From an uncultured Thermomicrobiales bacterium (GTDB taxonomy: Bacteria > Chloroflexota > Chloroflexia > Thermomicrobiales > CADCWN01), in contig CADCWN010000167.1 of the NCBI GenBank assembly GCA_902806415.1, positions 1 through 63,975 on the forward strand: a stretch of 63,975 bases of DNA. Reading direction: 5' to 3'. Every line of letters starts with the position of its first letter. Position 1 is the stretch's first letter. The notes below the pieces were generated by a model that saw nothing but the letters and a program-made list of their open reading frames with translations, made no database searches and had not been told where the DNA came from. This document shows positions 44,644 through 54,877 of this stretch, in pieces. The position numbers and the translations under genes were made by a program.

Positions 44644-45443
44644 TATTCCACCGGGACGCCCATCCCCATGACGTGATAGCCGCCGTCGAGATGGATCGTC
44701 TCGCCGGAGATATTGCGCCCGCCGGGACCGGCCAGGAAGGTGGCGAGATGGCCGATGTCCTCGATATCGACGTTGCGCCGGAGCGGGGCGTTGGTCCGCA
44801 CATACTCCTCCATCTTCGGGAAACCAGGGATGGAGCGCCCGGCCAGGGTGCGCACCGGCCCGGCGGAGATGGCGTTGACGCGGATATTGCGCGGGCCGAG
44901 ATCGAACGCGATGTAGGTGACGGCCGATTCCAATGCGGCCTTGGCGACCCCCATCAGGTTGTACTTCGGCACGACCCGCTCGCCGCCGAGGTAGGTCATC
45001 GTGATCACGCTGCCGCCGCCGCGCGCCTCCATCAGCGGCGCGGCGGCGCGGGCGAGGGCGACCAGGGAGTAGGCGCTGATGTCGAGCGCGGCGGCGAAGT
45101 CGGCGCGGGCGGTATCGACGAACAGGCCCGCGAACGATTCTTTTGGCGCGAAGGCGACCGAGTGGACCAGGGTGTTGAGCCCGCCGCCGAACGCCTCACC
45201 GACCGCGCTGTACACGGCGGCGATATCGTCGTCGCTCGTCACGTCGCAGGGGAGGACGAGGTAGGTCGGGTCGAGCGAGGCGGCGAGTTCGACCACCGTC
45301 TCCTTCAGCCGCTCGCCCTGATAGGTGAAGGCGAGGCGCATCCCCGCGTCGTGCAACGCCTGGGCGATCCCCCAGGCGATGCTGCGCTTGTTCGCCACGC
45401 CGAAGACCAGGCCGGTCTGCCCGTCGAGCTGTCCCATCCTCAC
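44643..45443 (-). CDS. fabI: enoyl-[acyl-carrier-protein] reductase (NADH)
   Basis: ORF 44643..45443. Motifs LVFGVANKRSIAWGIAQAL and YLGGERVVPKYNLMGVAKAALE (Y-x6-K). Confidence 0.9.
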   Translation of the reverse strand: MRMGQLDGQTGLVFGVANKRSIAWGIAQALHDAGMRLAFTYQGERLKETVVELAASLDPTYLVLPCDVTSDDDIAAVYSAVGEAFGGGLNTLVHSVAFAPKESFAGLFVDTARADFAAALDISAYSLVALARAAAPLMEARGGGSVITMTYLGGERVVPKYNLMGVAKAALESAVTYIAFDLGPRNIRVNAISAGPVRTLAGRSIPGFPKMEEYVRTNAPLRRNVDIEDIGHLATFLAGPGGRNISGETIHLDGGYHVMGMGVPVE

Positions 45444-45562
45444 CCCTCCTCACCCGGTCGCCCGCGATCTGCGGCACGATACTATTTTCCTGACCCCGAT
45501 AACGCGCAATGTCGGTCGATTGTAACACCCACCGGGGAAGGCGATTCGCGCATGAGCGACAA

Positions 45563-45599
45563 GTGGGTGCCGTCCCTATCGACAAGGGACGGCACCCAC
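45563..45599 (-). terminator. hairpin downstream of the membrane-protein gene
   Basis: GTGGGTGCCGTCCCT-7nt-AGGGACGGCACCCAC (15 bp), 54 nt after the stop at 45653. No clear U tract. Confidence 0.5.
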
Positions 45600-45652
45600 C
45601 CTGTAATGACTTGCTATCGCGGCGCTATGAACAGTGCGCGAGGGTTCGGTAC

Positions 45653-46264
45653 TCAACGCCGCGCGGTGATCTTGCCGCCGGTGTAGACCGCGTAGCCGAG
45701 GAGGAACCAGCCGATCATCGAGTGGATCCCGGCGAAGATCCCGCCGCCCACTTCGCCGAGGGCGATTTGCGACACGATCCCGAGGGGCAGCCAGAGCCCG
45801 GCGACGAGCGGGGCGAAGCGCGGCCAGCCCCGGAAGATCCCGACAACAGCGACGGTGATGCTGGTGATGAACAGGAGCAGCATACTCAACGGCCAGGAGA
45901 TGTCGGTGATCGTATAGAGGGCGGAGGAATTGCCGGGCGAAACGAACTCGAAAATCTGGAAGATGCTCGCAAATGTGACCGTAACCATCTGGATGCCGAG
46001 GAGGATCCTGGCCAGCAAGCGGCGACCCGCCGCGCCGAGGGCCAGCAGTCCCGCGATATTGGCGAGCCAGCCCATCGTGAAGACCAGCCCCAATGCCGCC
46101 CCGAGCTTGCCGCTGTCGCCAGCCCGGAAGCCATTGGAGGCGAACGAGAGGCAGAGGAATGGGCTGCCGATTATCCCCAGCGTCCCCAGGATACGGTGGA
46201 TCGACATCGAGCGTTGCTCGACCTTCGCGGCGGGGGTACTAAACGGCGGTGTATTTGCGACCAT
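45653..46264 (-). CDS. hypothetical six-helix membrane protein
   Basis: ORF 45653..46264. About six hydrophobic helices and no recognisable motif. Confidence 0.6.
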   Translation of the reverse strand: MVANTPPFSTPAAKVEQRSMSIHRILGTLGIIGSPFLCLSFASNGFRAGDSGKLGAALGLVFTMGWLANIAGLLALGAAGRRLLARILLGIQMVTVTFASIFQIFEFVSPGNSSALYTITDISWPLSMLLLFITSITVAVVGIFRGWPRFAPLVAGLWLPLGIVSQIALGEVGGGIFAGIHSMIGWFLLGYAVYTGGKITARR

Positions 46265-46450
46265 GACGAAACTCCTTCTTCGGTCAACTCTGCGAAAAGC
46301 GCGGTGTCGTTCCGTTGCGAAAATCGTGACCGCAAACCAGTTCGGTGGCTACACCTCCTCCTCGCGACCGAGCTACCGAGCCATACCGTGACGAATCTGC
46401 TGTGGTTATTCTGCGCCTTGGACAAGGCTTGGGGGACTCACACATCCCTT

Positions 46451-46486
46451 ACGCTGCCCCTCACGGCATACTGTGAGGGGCAGCGT
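46451..46486 (-). terminator. hairpin downstream of the LLM oxidoreductase gene
   Basis: ACGCTGCCCCTCAC-8nt-GTGAGGGGCAGCGT (14 bp perfect). No U tract. Confidence 0.45.
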
Positions 46487-46614
46487 GACGGATAGAGCTT
46501 TGCGCTCGTGATTCTTTTGAGAGATTGAGGGAACAAATCGAGGGATGGAAGGGGTGGGTGTACTGGGATCGGGTCGAACACCTTGTGGCAGAGCCGTGAT
46601 GGACTCCGCCAGGG

Positions 46615-47613
46615 CTATTCCGTTTCTTGACGGAAGTGCGGGATAACCTCGCGGCCGATGATCTCGATCGCGGCGAGCGGGTCGGGGCCGAGCGGCGGGC
46701 CGAGGCTGAGGTGGCGCACGCCGCGCGCGCGCAGCCCTTCGAGTCGCGCGATTAGGTCTTGCGCGGTGCCGGCGATCCCGATCGCCAGCATCTTGTCGGT
46801 GACGAGCGCGCGCGCTTTCTCGGGGTCGCGCTCGGTCATGATCGCGCGCTCGATCGGGTCGAAGTCCGCGCGCGTGACGCCGAGGCGCGACCAGATCGTC
46901 GGGCTGAGCGCGTGGCCGTAGTAGGCGATCTTGTCCTTCAGCGGCATCTCGGCGGCGGCGCGGTCGGGCGCGATCGAGCACCAGATGCAGGCGGCGAGAT
47001 CGAGATCGTCGAGGGTGCGCTCGGCGCGCGCGGCCCCGGCCTCGATAATCGGCAGGACTTCATCGTAGCTCTCGGGCGGGAAGAGAAGCGGCAGCGCGCC
47101 ATCGGCCAACTCCCCGGCGAGTCCGAGCATCTTCGGGCTGAACGCGCCGAGGTAGATCGGGATCGGTCGGTCGGCGCGCGGCCCGAAGCGGAGATAGGCG
47201 TCCTCGGTCCAGCTTGGGTCGCCGCCGCGCCCGCCGCGCAGGGCGGTGCGGATCGACGTGATCGCGCGCCGGGTCGTGTCGAGCGGCGCGGTCTGCGGCA
47301 CCCCCACCCACTTGAGAAACTCCGCCGCGCCCGCCGCCAGGCCGAGGTGGAAGCGCCCGCCACTCCACTCGTCGAGGGTCGCGGCGAACATCGCGATCTC
47401 GGCGGGGTGGATCGTGTACGGGTTGAGGATGCAGGTGCCGAGGCCGATCCGTTCTGTCGCCCCGGCGATGGCGGTGAGGATGACCGGCGCGCTCCGCAGG
47501 AACAGGTCATTGCTGACCCAGAACTGGTTGAAGCCCGCCGCCTCCGCCGCCCGCGCCAGCGCGATGTAGTCGCGCACCGGCAGATCGTTGTTGAGCCGCA
47601 GGGAGAAGCGCAT
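46615..47613 (-). CDS. LLM-class flavin/F420-dependent oxidoreductase
   Basis: ORF 46615..47784, started at MRFSLRLNNDLPVRDY (ATG 47613). Motifs FWVSNDLFLRSAPV, IGLGTCILNPYT and RFHLGLAAG. Confidence 0.8.
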   Translation of the reverse strand: MRFSLRLNNDLPVRDYIALARAAEAAGFNQFWVSNDLFLRSAPVILTAIAGATERIGLGTCILNPYTIHPAEIAMFAATLDEWSGGRFHLGLAAGAAEFLKWVGVPQTAPLDTTRRAITSIRTALRGGRGGDPSWTEDAYLRFGPRADRPIPIYLGAFSPKMLGLAGELADGALPLLFPPESYDEVLPIIEAGAARAERTLDDLDLAACIWCSIAPDRAAAEMPLKDKIAYYGHALSPTIWSRLGVTRADFDPIERAIMTERDPEKARALVTDKMLAIGIAGTAQDLIARLEGLRARGVRHLSLGPPLGPDPLAAIEIIGREVIPHFRQETE

Positions 47614-47630
47614 CAGCGGATTCGCGTGGT

Positions 47631-47665
47631 GAGTGCCGAGTGAAAAGTGCCGAGTGCCAAGTACA
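47631..47665. repeat. tandem heptamers (GAGTGCC)(GAGTGAA)(AAGTGCC)(GAGTGCC)(AAGTACA)
   Basis: Lies 18 nt upstream of the LLM gene ATG (minus strand). It is not complementary to the arrays at 47832..47884. Confidence 0.75.
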
Positions 47666-47751
47666 TTAGGGTGGTGCTCCTGGTGGTGTGGGTGGGAGAC
47701 GGCCCTCACCCCCAGCTCGCTCCGGATGAACCGGACAATGTGCGCTCGCCA

Positions 47752-47779
47752 CCCCCTCTCCCGATTCCAGGAGAGGGGG
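47752..47779. repeat. CCCCCTCTCC/GGAGAGGGGG hairpin
   Basis: 10-bp perfect stem with an 8-nt loop. Same family as 10581..10610 and 18616..18644. Confidence 0.8.
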
Positions 47780-47831
47780 AACAAGCGCGGTGCTTATGAC
47801 CGAATGCGGCGACTGGGTTAGCGTTTTACGA

Positions 47832-47884
47832 ACTACGGACTACGGGTGCCTTCTCACGACTCACGACTCACGACTCACGACTCG
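47832..47884. repeat. two adjacent heptamer arrays: (ACTACGG)x2 at 47832..47845 and (CTCACGA)x4 at 47853..47880 (plus a partial fifth unit)
   Basis: In the sense (minus) direction the sequence reads TAG-CGAG-(TCGTGAG)x4, starting directly at the rhodanese stop codon (47885..47887). Confidence 0.85.
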
Positions 47885-48814
47885 CTACGGCTCCTCCCCC
47901 TGTCGCGCTGGCAGATTCGGGTCGTTGCCCCATTCGTTCCAAGAGCCGTCGTAGTTACGACCGGGACGACCGAGGCGGTCGAGGGCGAAGAGGACGGTGG
48001 TGGCGGCGACGCCGCCGTTGCAGTAGGCGACGACCGGGCGGTCGGGCTGCTCGTCCAGCCCCGCCTCAGCCATAATCTGGCGCAGTTCCTCGTCGGATTT
48101 CCAGGTTCCCGTTGGCGTGAAGAGTTGGGCGTTGGGGACGAGGATCGCGCCGGGGATGTGGCCGCCCTGCGCGCCGCGCGCGATCGCGCCGGTGTACTGC
48201 TCACGGTCGCGCGCGTCCACGATGATCGCATCGCCGAGTTCGCTGTGTTCCAGGACTTCCTGCGCGGTCACGCGACCCTGCCTCCCGGCCTGCGGGGTGA
48301 AGGTCGCGGCGGGGTAGGTCGGCACCCCGGTCGAGGTCGGGCGACCTTCTGCCGACCATTTGTTCCAGCCCCCATCGAGGACCGCGGTGTTGCCATGTCC
48401 GTAATAGCCGAGCGCCCACCACATCCGCGTGGCGAACTGCATCCCCTTGTGGTCGTAGACGACGACGTAGCTGTCGTCGCCGATCCCGAGTTGGTTCATC
48501 AGCGCGGCGAACGCCTCGGGCGTGGCGAGTTGCGCCGGCACCGGGTCGTCCGGGTTGATGATGTCTTGCGTCCAATCGACGTAGACGGCGCCGGGGATAT
48601 GGCCGGCGTCGTACTCCTCCCGCGCGCCGAGATACTGCGCCTCTTGCTTGCCGCCTTCGAGCAGCATTGTTTTGACATAACCGCGCATATCGATGATCCG
48701 CAGGGCCGGGTGGCCGAGGTGCTCAGCGAGCCACTCGGTCCCGATCAGGGTGCCGGGCCAGTCGAGCGTGTCGGTGGTCGGGGTGGCGTTGGTGGTACTC
48801 ATCGGGGCCTCCAT
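47885..48814 (-). CDS. two-domain rhodanese (thiosulfate/3-mercaptopyruvate sulfurtransferase)
   Basis: ORF 47885..48814. AGHIPGAVYVDW is in domain 1. GHIPGAILVP and the active-site loop AYCNGGVAATT are in domain 2. Confidence 0.85.
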   Translation of the reverse strand: MEAPMSTTNATPTTDTLDWPGTLIGTEWLAEHLGHPALRIIDMRGYVKTMLLEGGKQEAQYLGAREEYDAGHIPGAVYVDWTQDIINPDDPVPAQLATPEAFAALMNQLGIGDDSYVVVYDHKGMQFATRMWWALGYYGHGNTAVLDGGWNKWSAEGRPTSTGVPTYPAATFTPQAGRQGRVTAQEVLEHSELGDAIIVDARDREQYTGAIARGAQGGHIPGAILVPNAQLFTPTGTWKSDEELRQIMAEAGLDEQPDRPVVAYCNGGVAATTVLFALDRLGRPGRNYDGSWNEWGNDPNLPARQGEEP

Positions 48815-48819
48815 CCGGG

Positions 48820-50223
48820 TCAGTCGTCAGAAGAGAGCCTGTTGAAGAGTTGGCTGTAGACGCGGAAGCCGCGATCGAAGTTCTCCAGGCGGAAGAACTC
48901 GTTGGGGCCGTGCAGATTCTCGTCCGGCATCTCCCAGGCGAGGAAGATCGTGTCGAGCCCGAGGTCGGCCTTGAAGAACTCCGCGACCGGCAGCGTGCCG
49001 CCGAGGCGGATCATGTACGGGTCGCGGCCATACTCCGCGCGCATAACGTCACGCGCGGCGAGCAGTGCCGGGTGCGCGGGATCGATCGCGTAGGCGCGCG
49101 AGGAACCGGCGATCGGGTTGACCGCGATCGTGACGCCGGGCAGCGTGTGGAGGGCGACGTGGCGCGCGATCGCCGCGATGACCGCGCCGGGGTCCTGGTC
49201 GGGGACGAGGCGGCAGGTGATCTTGGCGTGCGCCTCGGCGGGGATGACCGTCTTCGAGCCAGCGCCCTGGAAGCCGCCCCAGATCCCATTGAGGTCGAAT
49301 GTCGGGCGCGCCCAGTTCCGTTCCAGCGGCGTGAAGGCCGGATCGCCGACCGGCCCGGCGATCCCCAGCGAGCGGCCATACCCCGCCGCGTCGAAGGGGA
49401 TGGCGGCGATCTCGGCGCGCTCCAACTCGGTCAGCGGTCGGACCCCGTCGAAGAAGCCGTCGATCGTGATCCGGCCATCGGCGTCTTTCATACTCGCCAG
49501 GACCGTGACGAGCGCGCCGAGCGGGTTCGGGGCCATCCCGCCGTGCAAGCCGGAATGGATATCGCCCGCCGCGCCGCGCGCGTCTAATTGCACCCCGGCC
49601 AGCCCTTTCGAGGCGAGGACCAGCGACGGTTGCTCCGGGCTCCACATCCCGCTGTCGGCGCTGATCGCCACGTCGGCGCGGAGGCGGTCACGGTGCGCGG
49701 CCAGGAGGGGCCGCAGATTCGGCGAGCCGATCTCCTCCTCGCCCTCGAAGAGGAAGGTCAGACCGATCGGCGGACCGCCCTGGGCCTGCCCGAATGCCTC
49801 CGCGACCGCGACCGGGATCAGTAAATTCCCCTTGTCGTCGCTGGCCCCGCGCCCGTAGAGGCGACCATCGCGCTCGCTCGGCTCGAACGGTGGGGTCTCC
49901 CACTCGTCGAACGGGTCGGCGGGCTGGGTGTCGTAGTGCGCGTAGATCAGCGCGGTCGGCGCGTCCGGGTCGGCGGCGGGCCACTCGCCCAGCACCACCG
50001 GATGCCCGCTGGTCGGCAGGACCTCGACGGTCGGCACCCCGGCGGCGCGCAGGCGCGCCGCGACCCACTCCGCCGCGCGGGCCATGTCGTCGCGGTGCGC
50101 CGGGAGGGCGCTGACGCTGGGGATGCGGATCAGCTCGCCCAACTCGCCCAGGAGTCGCGCGCGATTGGCGTCGAACCACGACGCGAATTGCCCCTGTTCG
50201 CCCTTACCGTTCTCGGAGCTCAT
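48820..50223 (-). CDS. M20 family metallopeptidase (dipeptidase type)
   Basis: ORF 48820..50286, started at MSSENGKG (ATG 50223). Motifs IYAHYDTQP, GRGASDDKG and FEGEEEIGS. Confidence 0.85.
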   Translation of the reverse strand: MSSENGKGEQGQFASWFDANRARLLGELGELIRIPSVSALPAHRDDMARAAEWVAARLRAAGVPTVEVLPTSGHPVVLGEWPAADPDAPTALIYAHYDTQPADPFDEWETPPFEPSERDGRLYGRGASDDKGNLLIPVAVAEAFGQAQGGPPIGLTFLFEGEEEIGSPNLRPLLAAHRDRLRADVAISADSGMWSPEQPSLVLASKGLAGVQLDARGAAGDIHSGLHGGMAPNPLGALVTVLASMKDADGRITIDGFFDGVRPLTELERAEIAAIPFDAAGYGRSLGIAGPVGDPAFTPLERNWARPTFDLNGIWGGFQGAGSKTVIPAEAHAKITCRLVPDQDPGAVIAAIARHVALHTLPGVTIAVNPIAGSSRAYAIDPAHPALLAARDVMRAEYGRDPYMIRLGGTLPVAEFFKADLGLDTIFLAWEMPDENLHGPNEFFRLENFDRGFRVYSQLFNRLSSDD

Positions 50224-50311
50224 CGTCGCCCTCTCCCCTCTGCCCCATCGCGTCGGGCCAGTCGCCCGACGGGCATTATAGAGCACGCTATGCGACGCCG
50301 CGCGATGCCCC

Positions 50312-51379
50312 CTATCCTTCGGGCAGGCTCATGCGCACGACCGTCAGATCGGGTGCGTCGGTGGGGGAAACATCACCGCCGGTCGCGTACTCCGCCCGCG
50401 CCTCGCGGATGGTGGCGGGATGGACAGGGCGCGGATGCACCGCCACGAGGCCGTCGCGTTGCAGGGCGGTGACGAGGCCGTAGAGCCAGGGGCGATCGGC
50501 GGGGGTATAAGCGGGCTTGATCTGCGGGCCGAGAGTGTCGAGATCGAGGCCGCCGTTGTCGGGCTGCGCGCCGAGCGCGCGTAGAATCTGACCGCGGAAG
50601 TAACGCGCCGTGCTGATGAACGGGGTCGCCGCGCCGCCCGCCCGCGCGGCGCGGCGGCGCGCTCCCTGCTGCTCCGCGAGCGCGGTGCCGATCGTCGGGG
50701 CGGCGAGGCAGATTGGCCGCAGGGGGCAGACGAGGCAAGTCGGCTTGCGCGCGGTGCAGATCGTCGAGCCGAAATCCATCAGCGCCTGATTCCAGTCGTA
50801 GCCACGCCCGGCGGGGACCGCCTCGGCGGCGAGCGCCCAGAGTTGCCGGTCATTGAGCAGCGCCTTCGGGGCGTCCGCGCCGACGAGGACGCGGTGGAGG
50901 ACGCGCTTCACATTGGTATCGAGGACCGGCACATCCTGCTCGTAGGCGAAGCAGGCGACGGCGCGCGCCGTGTAGTCGCCGATCCCCGGCAGGGCCAGCA
51001 ATGTCGCCACATCGCGCGGCATCCGCCCGCCGTGCTCCGCGACGACGTGCCGCGCGATCGCCTGGAGGCGCACCGCGCGGCTGTTGTAGCCGAGACCGGA
51101 CCACTCCCGCAGGACTTCGGCGGTCGGGGCGGCGGCGAGCCCCTCCAGGGTGGGAAACCGTTCGAGCCAGGCGAGCCAGCGCGGCAGGACGCGCGGCACC
51201 TGCGTCTGCTGGAGCATCATCTCCGCGAGGAGGATGTGGTACGGATCGCGCGTGCGCCGCCAGGGGAGATCGCGACGGTTGGCGGCGTACCACCCGAGCA
51301 AACCCTCCTGCAAGGCGTTGATACGAGAGGGATCAGCGACGTTGGTTGGCACCTGAGAGATATTCGCTGGGACCGTCAC
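50312..51379 (-). CDS. mutY: A/G-specific adenine DNA glycosylase
   Basis: ORF 50312..51379. Motifs LPWRRTRDPYHILLAEMMLQQTQV, LPGIGDYTA and the 4Fe-4S loop CTARKPTCLVCPLRPIC, followed by a C-terminal Nudix-like domain. Confidence 0.85.
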   Translation of the reverse strand: MTVPANISQVPTNVADPSRINALQEGLLGWYAANRRDLPWRRTRDPYHILLAEMMLQQTQVPRVLPRWLAWLERFPTLEGLAAAPTAEVLREWSGLGYNSRAVRLQAIARHVVAEHGGRMPRDVATLLALPGIGDYTARAVACFAYEQDVPVLDTNVKRVLHRVLVGADAPKALLNDRQLWALAAEAVPAGRGYDWNQALMDFGSTICTARKPTCLVCPLRPICLAAPTIGTALAEQQGARRRAARAGGAATPFISTARYFRGQILRALGAQPDNGGLDLDTLGPQIKPAYTPADRPWLYGLVTALQRDGLVAVHPRPVHPATIREARAEYATGGDVSPTDAPDLTVVRMSLPEG

Positions 51380-51861
51380 TGCTTATCCTCGTGATCGCTG
51401 ACGGATCTTGGTGGTTGGACTGCGAGAACTGCTCGACGCATCGGTGCGGCCAGAGCGAACGGCCCTTGAGGGCATAACCTCCCCATTATACTGGATGCCG
51501 CCTCGGCGTTGCCGTGAATGTTAAGCGAGTGTTAACCGCGTTCGTTCGCGCCTTTCTCTTCCCTTCCAGCCTTTCGATCGGGTATAATCGGGACGGATGG
51601 ACAATGGTGTGCGGCTCGCTCGATCAACTATACTTCTCTGCGTGGGTGCCAGCGTGCGAGCGGTGCTGTCGGATTGAGCGGGATCGGTAAGTGTCGTTCC
51701 GTTCTCGATCAACATCACCGTCGCGTCGTGGCGGCACCGCGCCGAAGTGTTCGGTCGTGGGGTGGAATGCGACAGTATCAATCAGCGTGCGGCGAAGTGG
51801 CGCGCGGACGGGGCGAGCGGTCCCTTGTCGTGCGCCTTTGTCTTCCCCCTTGCGACGCACG

Positions 51862-52935
51862 ATGGAGATGAACGGCATCGGTGGTCGCCTCCCGGTGACC
51901 ATCCGCGGGATGGGCGGTCGCGATCTGCCCGGCCTGCTCCGGATGCGGCGCGGGGGTGTGCGCCTCGACCTCCCGGATGCGCTGGTTGGAGGCTATACGC
52001 CCCTGATCGGGGTGATTCGCGGTCGCTGGAATCCGTTTCGTGACGCGCGGATCCGCACCTATGTCGCTGCGGCGAATCGCGCGCCGCTCGCGTTCGTGCA
52101 GGTGCGCGATCGCGCGACCGACCCGCGCAACAAGTGGGATCTCCTCTACCTGGGCGTGGCACGGGCGACCGCCGGGCGGCGCGTCGATCTTTGGGTGGCC
52201 CTCCTCGATTACATCACCGCAGCGGCCGGGCGGCGCGGCGTGCCGCGGCTCTACGCCAAGGTTTCGGGCGAGAGCGAGGCGGCCGAGGCGTTCCACGCGG
52301 CCGGGTACAGCCGTTACGGTGAGGAGACGATCCATTTGCTCGACGGTGTGGCCCCGGACGACCGCGAGGAGATGGAAGACCTGGCGCTCCGCCCGCAGGG
52401 CGCGGGCGATACCTGGGCGCTGCACCAGCTCTACACGCTGACCGCGCCCAAGCCGGCGCAATACGCCGAGGCCTACACCAGCCATCGCTGGGAACTCCCG
52501 CGCCGTGGGGCGGTCATCGCGCAGGGCGGCCCGCGCGAGTGGGGCTTCGTCGTTGAGCGCGGCCACGAGATCGCGATCTATTGCCGCATCGCGCGGCAGG
52601 GCGGGCGGGCGCGCCTGGAATTCATCTATGAACCGGCGGCGCGCGAGTTGCTCTCCCCGACAGTACGGGCGATCGTGCGCTGGCTCGATCCGGGGCCGGG
52701 TGAGCAGGTCTACTGCGCGACTCGCGAATTCCAGGCAGAACTCGCCACGACTCTGCGCGATCACGGTTTCGCGGCGAAGGAGGTGCAAGATGTCCTGGTA
52801 CGCTACACAGTGGTTTCGGCGCGCACACCGGCACTGGCGGTTATAGGACGATCGGCTCGGGAGCGCCGATTGGTCGGTGTGCCGGCGGGCTCGCTCCGTC
52901 GGCAGGGTCATGGCCCGCACAATAGTTCGCGCTAA
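51862..52935 (+). CDS. hypothetical protein, possibly tandem GNAT-like folds
   Basis: ORF 51691..52935, started at MEMNGIG (ATG 51862). LYAKVSGESEAAEAFHAAGYSRYGEE resembles the C-terminal strand/helix of GNAT domains. This is weak evidence. Confidence 0.45.
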   Translation: MEMNGIGGRLPVTIRGMGGRDLPGLLRMRRGGVRLDLPDALVGGYTPLIGVIRGRWNPFRDARIRTYVAAANRAPLAFVQVRDRATDPRNKWDLLYLGVARATAGRRVDLWVALLDYITAAAGRRGVPRLYAKVSGESEAAEAFHAAGYSRYGEETIHLLDGVAPDDREEMEDLALRPQGAGDTWALHQLYTLTAPKPAQYAEAYTSHRWELPRRGAVIAQGGPREWGFVVERGHEIAIYCRIARQGGRARLEFIYEPAARELLSPTVRAIVRWLDPGPGEQVYCATREFQAELATTLRDHGFAAKEVQDVLVRYTVVSARTPALAVIGRSARERRLVGVPAGSLRRQGHGPHNSSR

Positions 52936-52981
52936 CGGTTCCCACGGCATTGTTGTGACCGATCAAACGAGGTGAGGAAGC

Positions 52982-54877
52982 TTGCTGAAATTTGAACGCA
53001 GCGACGAGACGCAGGGTCAGCTCCCCATCGGCACCCAGGGCTACGATAGCAATCAAGGCTACGAGCGCAAGGGGTACGAAGAGGAGGTCACCGATAATCT
53101 CGCCGATCTGCTCAATTCGCTCCCGCCGAAGCTCGCGGAGCGCCTGCGCCAGCAGGATAACCGCGCGCTGATCGAACTGGTCTTCGATCTCGGGCGGAAG
53201 CCCGAAGCCCGCTACGATTGGGGCGAACTCGAACTCGATACCGCCGACATTACCCGCGACGATCTCGAATATGTCGCGGGGCGGATCGGCTCGTTCGGCG
53301 AGGACAACCGCGCCGGGATCGAGCGGACCCTGCACCGGATCTCGGCGATCCGCAACCGCTCGGGCGCGATCGTCGGCTTAACCTGCCGGATCGGGCGCGC
53401 GGTCTTCGGGACGATCGCGATCATCCAGGATCTCGTCGAGTCGGGCGAGAGTATCCTGATCCTCGGGCGACCGGGGGTCGGCAAGACGACGATCCTGCGC
53501 GAGACGGCACGCGTGCTGGCCGACTCGCTCCGCAAGCGGGTGGTTGTCGTCGACACTAGTAACGAGATCGCCGGGGACGGCGACATCCCGCACCCCGCGA
53601 TCGGGCGGGCGCGGCGGATGCAGGTGCCGCGCCCGTCCGAGCAGCACGGGGTGATGATCGAGGCGGTCGAGAATCACATGCCGCAGGTGATCGTCATCGA
53701 CGAGATCGGCACCGAGCTCGAGGCGCAGGCCGCGCGCACGATCGCCGAGCGCGGCGTGCAGCTGATCGGCACGGCGCACGGCAACTCGCTCGAGAACCTG
53801 ATGCTCAACCCGACCCTCTCCGACCTGATCGGCGGGATCCAATCGGTCACCCTCTCCGATGAGGAGGCGCGGCGACGCGGCACCCAGAAATCGGTGCTGG
53901 AACGCAAGGCCCCGCCGACCTTCACGATGCTGGTGGAGATCCAGGATCGCGATCGGGTGGCGCTCCACCGCGACATCGGCGAGGCCGTCGATGGGCTCCT
54001 GCGCGGCAGCCCGCTCGGGACGGAGGTGCGCCACCGCCGCGACGACGGGGAGATCGAGTCCTGGCACGATGATGGGCCGCAGCCGGGCGGCGACAGTTCG
54101 CGCCAGGGGCAGCGTCGCCCGAGCGATCGGTCGCAGACGGGGGGGCGCGGCCCGCGACGCGGCCCGCGCGGGGGTGCCGGGACCGCGCCGCAGAGTCCGA
54201 CGATGCTCCGCGCGGTCGATGTCGCGTCTGCAGCGCAGCCGGGGGCGGTGGAGCAGGTGCCCGGTGCCGATGGCCCGGCGGAGGCACCGCCCGCCGGGCT
54301 GCCGAAGGGTCGGGGTACGGTGGGAAAGCCGGTTCGGTTCTACCCGTTCGGGGTGAGCCGCAATCGGCTGGAACAGGCGATCATCGCGCTCGGTGTCAGC
54401 GCGACAATCACCCGCGATCTGCGCGACGCCGATCTCGTCATGACGCTGAAAAACTACTATCGGCGTCGCCCGCAGCAACTCCAGGAGGCGGAGTCGCTGG
54501 GCAAGCCGGTCTACGTGCTGCGGAGCAACACCGGCACGCAGATGGAGACGGTGCTGGCCGGGATCTTCGGCCAGCCCAAGGAGAAGGGGTCTGGGGGACG
54601 CTCCGCCGCTGGCTCTTCACCCGCCAGGGCGGCGGTCGCTGAAAGTGCGGAAGACGAAGAGCCGTTCTCCGAGGACATGATTACCAACGCACTTTTCGAG
54701 GCCGAGACGGCGGCGACGACGGTGATGGATGTCTCCCGCGCAATCTCGCTGATGCCGCAGACTTCCTATATCCGACGCCTCCAGCATCAGGTGGCCGAGC
54801 GGTATAATCTCCTCTCGCGCAGCCGTGGCAAAGAGCCGTTCCGACGTGTCGAGATCATGCCGGGTGGCAAACGCTAG
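52982..54877 (+). CDS. Ycf45/SpoIIIAA-like AAA ATPase with C-terminal R3H domain
   Basis: ORF 52982..54877 with a TTG start after GAGGTGAGGA. Motifs [19 protein letters not shown] and IGTAHG. A long Arg/Gly-rich linker precedes a C-terminal R3H-like segment ([28 protein letters not shown]). Confidence 0.8.
   Translation: MLKFERSDETQGQLPIGTQGYDSNQGYERKGYEEEVTDNLADLLNSLPPKLAERLRQQDNRALIELVFDLGRKPEARYDWGELELDTADITRDDLEYVAGRIGSFGEDNRAGIERTLHRISAIRNRSGAIVGLTCRIGRAVFGTIAIIQDLVESGESILILGRPGVGKTTILRETARVLADSLRKRVVVVDTSNEIAGDGDIPHPAIGRARRMQVPRPSEQHGVMIEAVENHMPQVIVIDEIGTELEAQAARTIAERGVQLIGTAHGNSLENLMLNPTLSDLIGGIQSVTLSDEEARRRGTQKSVLERKAPPTFTMLVEIQDRDRVALHRDIGEAVDGLLRGSPLGTEVRHRRDDGEIESWHDDGPQPGGDSSRQGQRRPSDRSQTGGRGPRRGPRGGAGTAPQSPTMLRAVDVASAAQPGAVEQVPGADGPAEAPPAGLPKGRGTVGKPVRFYPFGVSRNRLEQAIIALGVSATITRDLRDADLVMTLKNYYRRRPQQLQEAESLGKPVYVLRSNTGTQMETVLAGIFGQPKEKGSGGRSAAGSSPARAAVAESAEDEEPFSEDMITNALFEAETAATTVMDVSRAISLMPQTSYIRRLQHQVAERYNLLSRSRGKEPFRRVEIMPGGKR

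Noticed and set aside
46265-46450. Riboswitch in the leader of about 190 nt of the six-helix membrane protein
   Set aside because: I compared it by eye with the fluoride, guanidine, Mn and preQ1 consensus features I remember and found no match. I cannot run covariance models.
51380-51861. Lower-G+C 480-nt divergent region (mutY / hypothetical), with TATAAT at 51584..51589, as an ncRNA gene (6S, SRP, tmRNA, RNase P)
   Set aside because: None of the conserved cores I know (for example the SRP GGAAGCAGCC helix, the tmRNA tRNA-like end or RNase P P4) are present. ORF 51521..51781 is low-complexity. I left it unannotated.
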